Source: Bugula neritina
Lineage: Eukaryota; Animalia; Bryozoa
Assembly: GCA_964035545.1 (NCBI GenBank)
Contig: OZ037768.1
Span: 23,469,319-23,533,318 of the forward strand
Length of the DNA stretch: 64,000 nt
Reading direction: 5' to 3'
Below the pieces are notes generated by a model. It made no database searches, was not told the DNA's origin, and was given only the letters and a program-made list of their open reading frames with translations. This document shows positions 63,572-64,000 of this stretch, one piece after another (positions within the stretch are counted from its first letter, which is position 1; every line of letters begins with the position of its first letter). The position numbers and the translations under genes were made by a program.

Positions 63572-64000
63572 CTGCAAACCACCAGAGTTATCAAGTCAAA
63601 GAGTTACAAGAGTTGCATAGTATTAGTATATAATTACTTGCAAATGTAAATAACTAAAAGTAATCAATTTGATATATAAAAATTTTAGTTTGGTCTGACA
63701 TATTATGGGAAGTTTAATGACAAACTCATGAAAACTACTACAAAAAATTGTGCTGCACACAACTATGGCAAACTTGAAATAACAAGAGTACGTTATTCGA
63801 GTAATTAACAAGTCTTAAGTTGTAAACTAAAGTCATTGTGAGGTGAAAAACAAAACTTTACAAAAAGCAATAAAATGCTTGACATAAAATGAAAATTCTG
63901 TAAAATAACTCTCAAAGAAAAAGTTACTGGAATATAAATTATTTATATTTTTGATGGTGCGAGACTCTAAATATTGGATTGTACTCTAAATATTGAATTG

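Overview
Eukaryotic, AT-rich invertebrate genomic DNA with GT-AG spliceosomal introns; no prokaryotic features, rRNA or CRISPR. By manually splicing exons (phase-checked) I find six protein-coding genes. (1) An RNF34/RFFL (CARP)-like E3 ligase on the minus strand, whose RING exon lies beyond the window start. (2) An SH3BP5L/parcas-like Rab11 GEF (minus). (3) Cytosolic Phe-tRNA synthetase alpha subunit FARSA (plus, 11 exons), head-to-head with SH3BP5L. (4) An orphan 276-aa gene nested antisense in FARSA intron 5. (5) A small 3-exon secreted-peptide (neuropeptide/hormone-like) precursor with an RAKR site, a 41-aa two-Cys mature region and a TATA+AP-1+CRE+CCAAT promoter; I cannot assign it to a known family. 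(6) A large NWD1/NWD2-like DUF4062-NACHT-WD40 gene (minus, 5' end outside the window) with a degenerate Walker A motif and four candidate in-frame micro/cassette exons. Also present: a 753-bp CAC...GTG non-autonomous DNA transposon with a 3-bp TSD, a tRNA-like element and SINE remnants. The most striking window-wide pattern is that many unrelated minisatellites abut splice junctions, and several tandemly copy the splice site itself. This coexists with extreme exon-to-exon GC3 variation within single genes. All gene names come from recalled family motifs, not from database searches.
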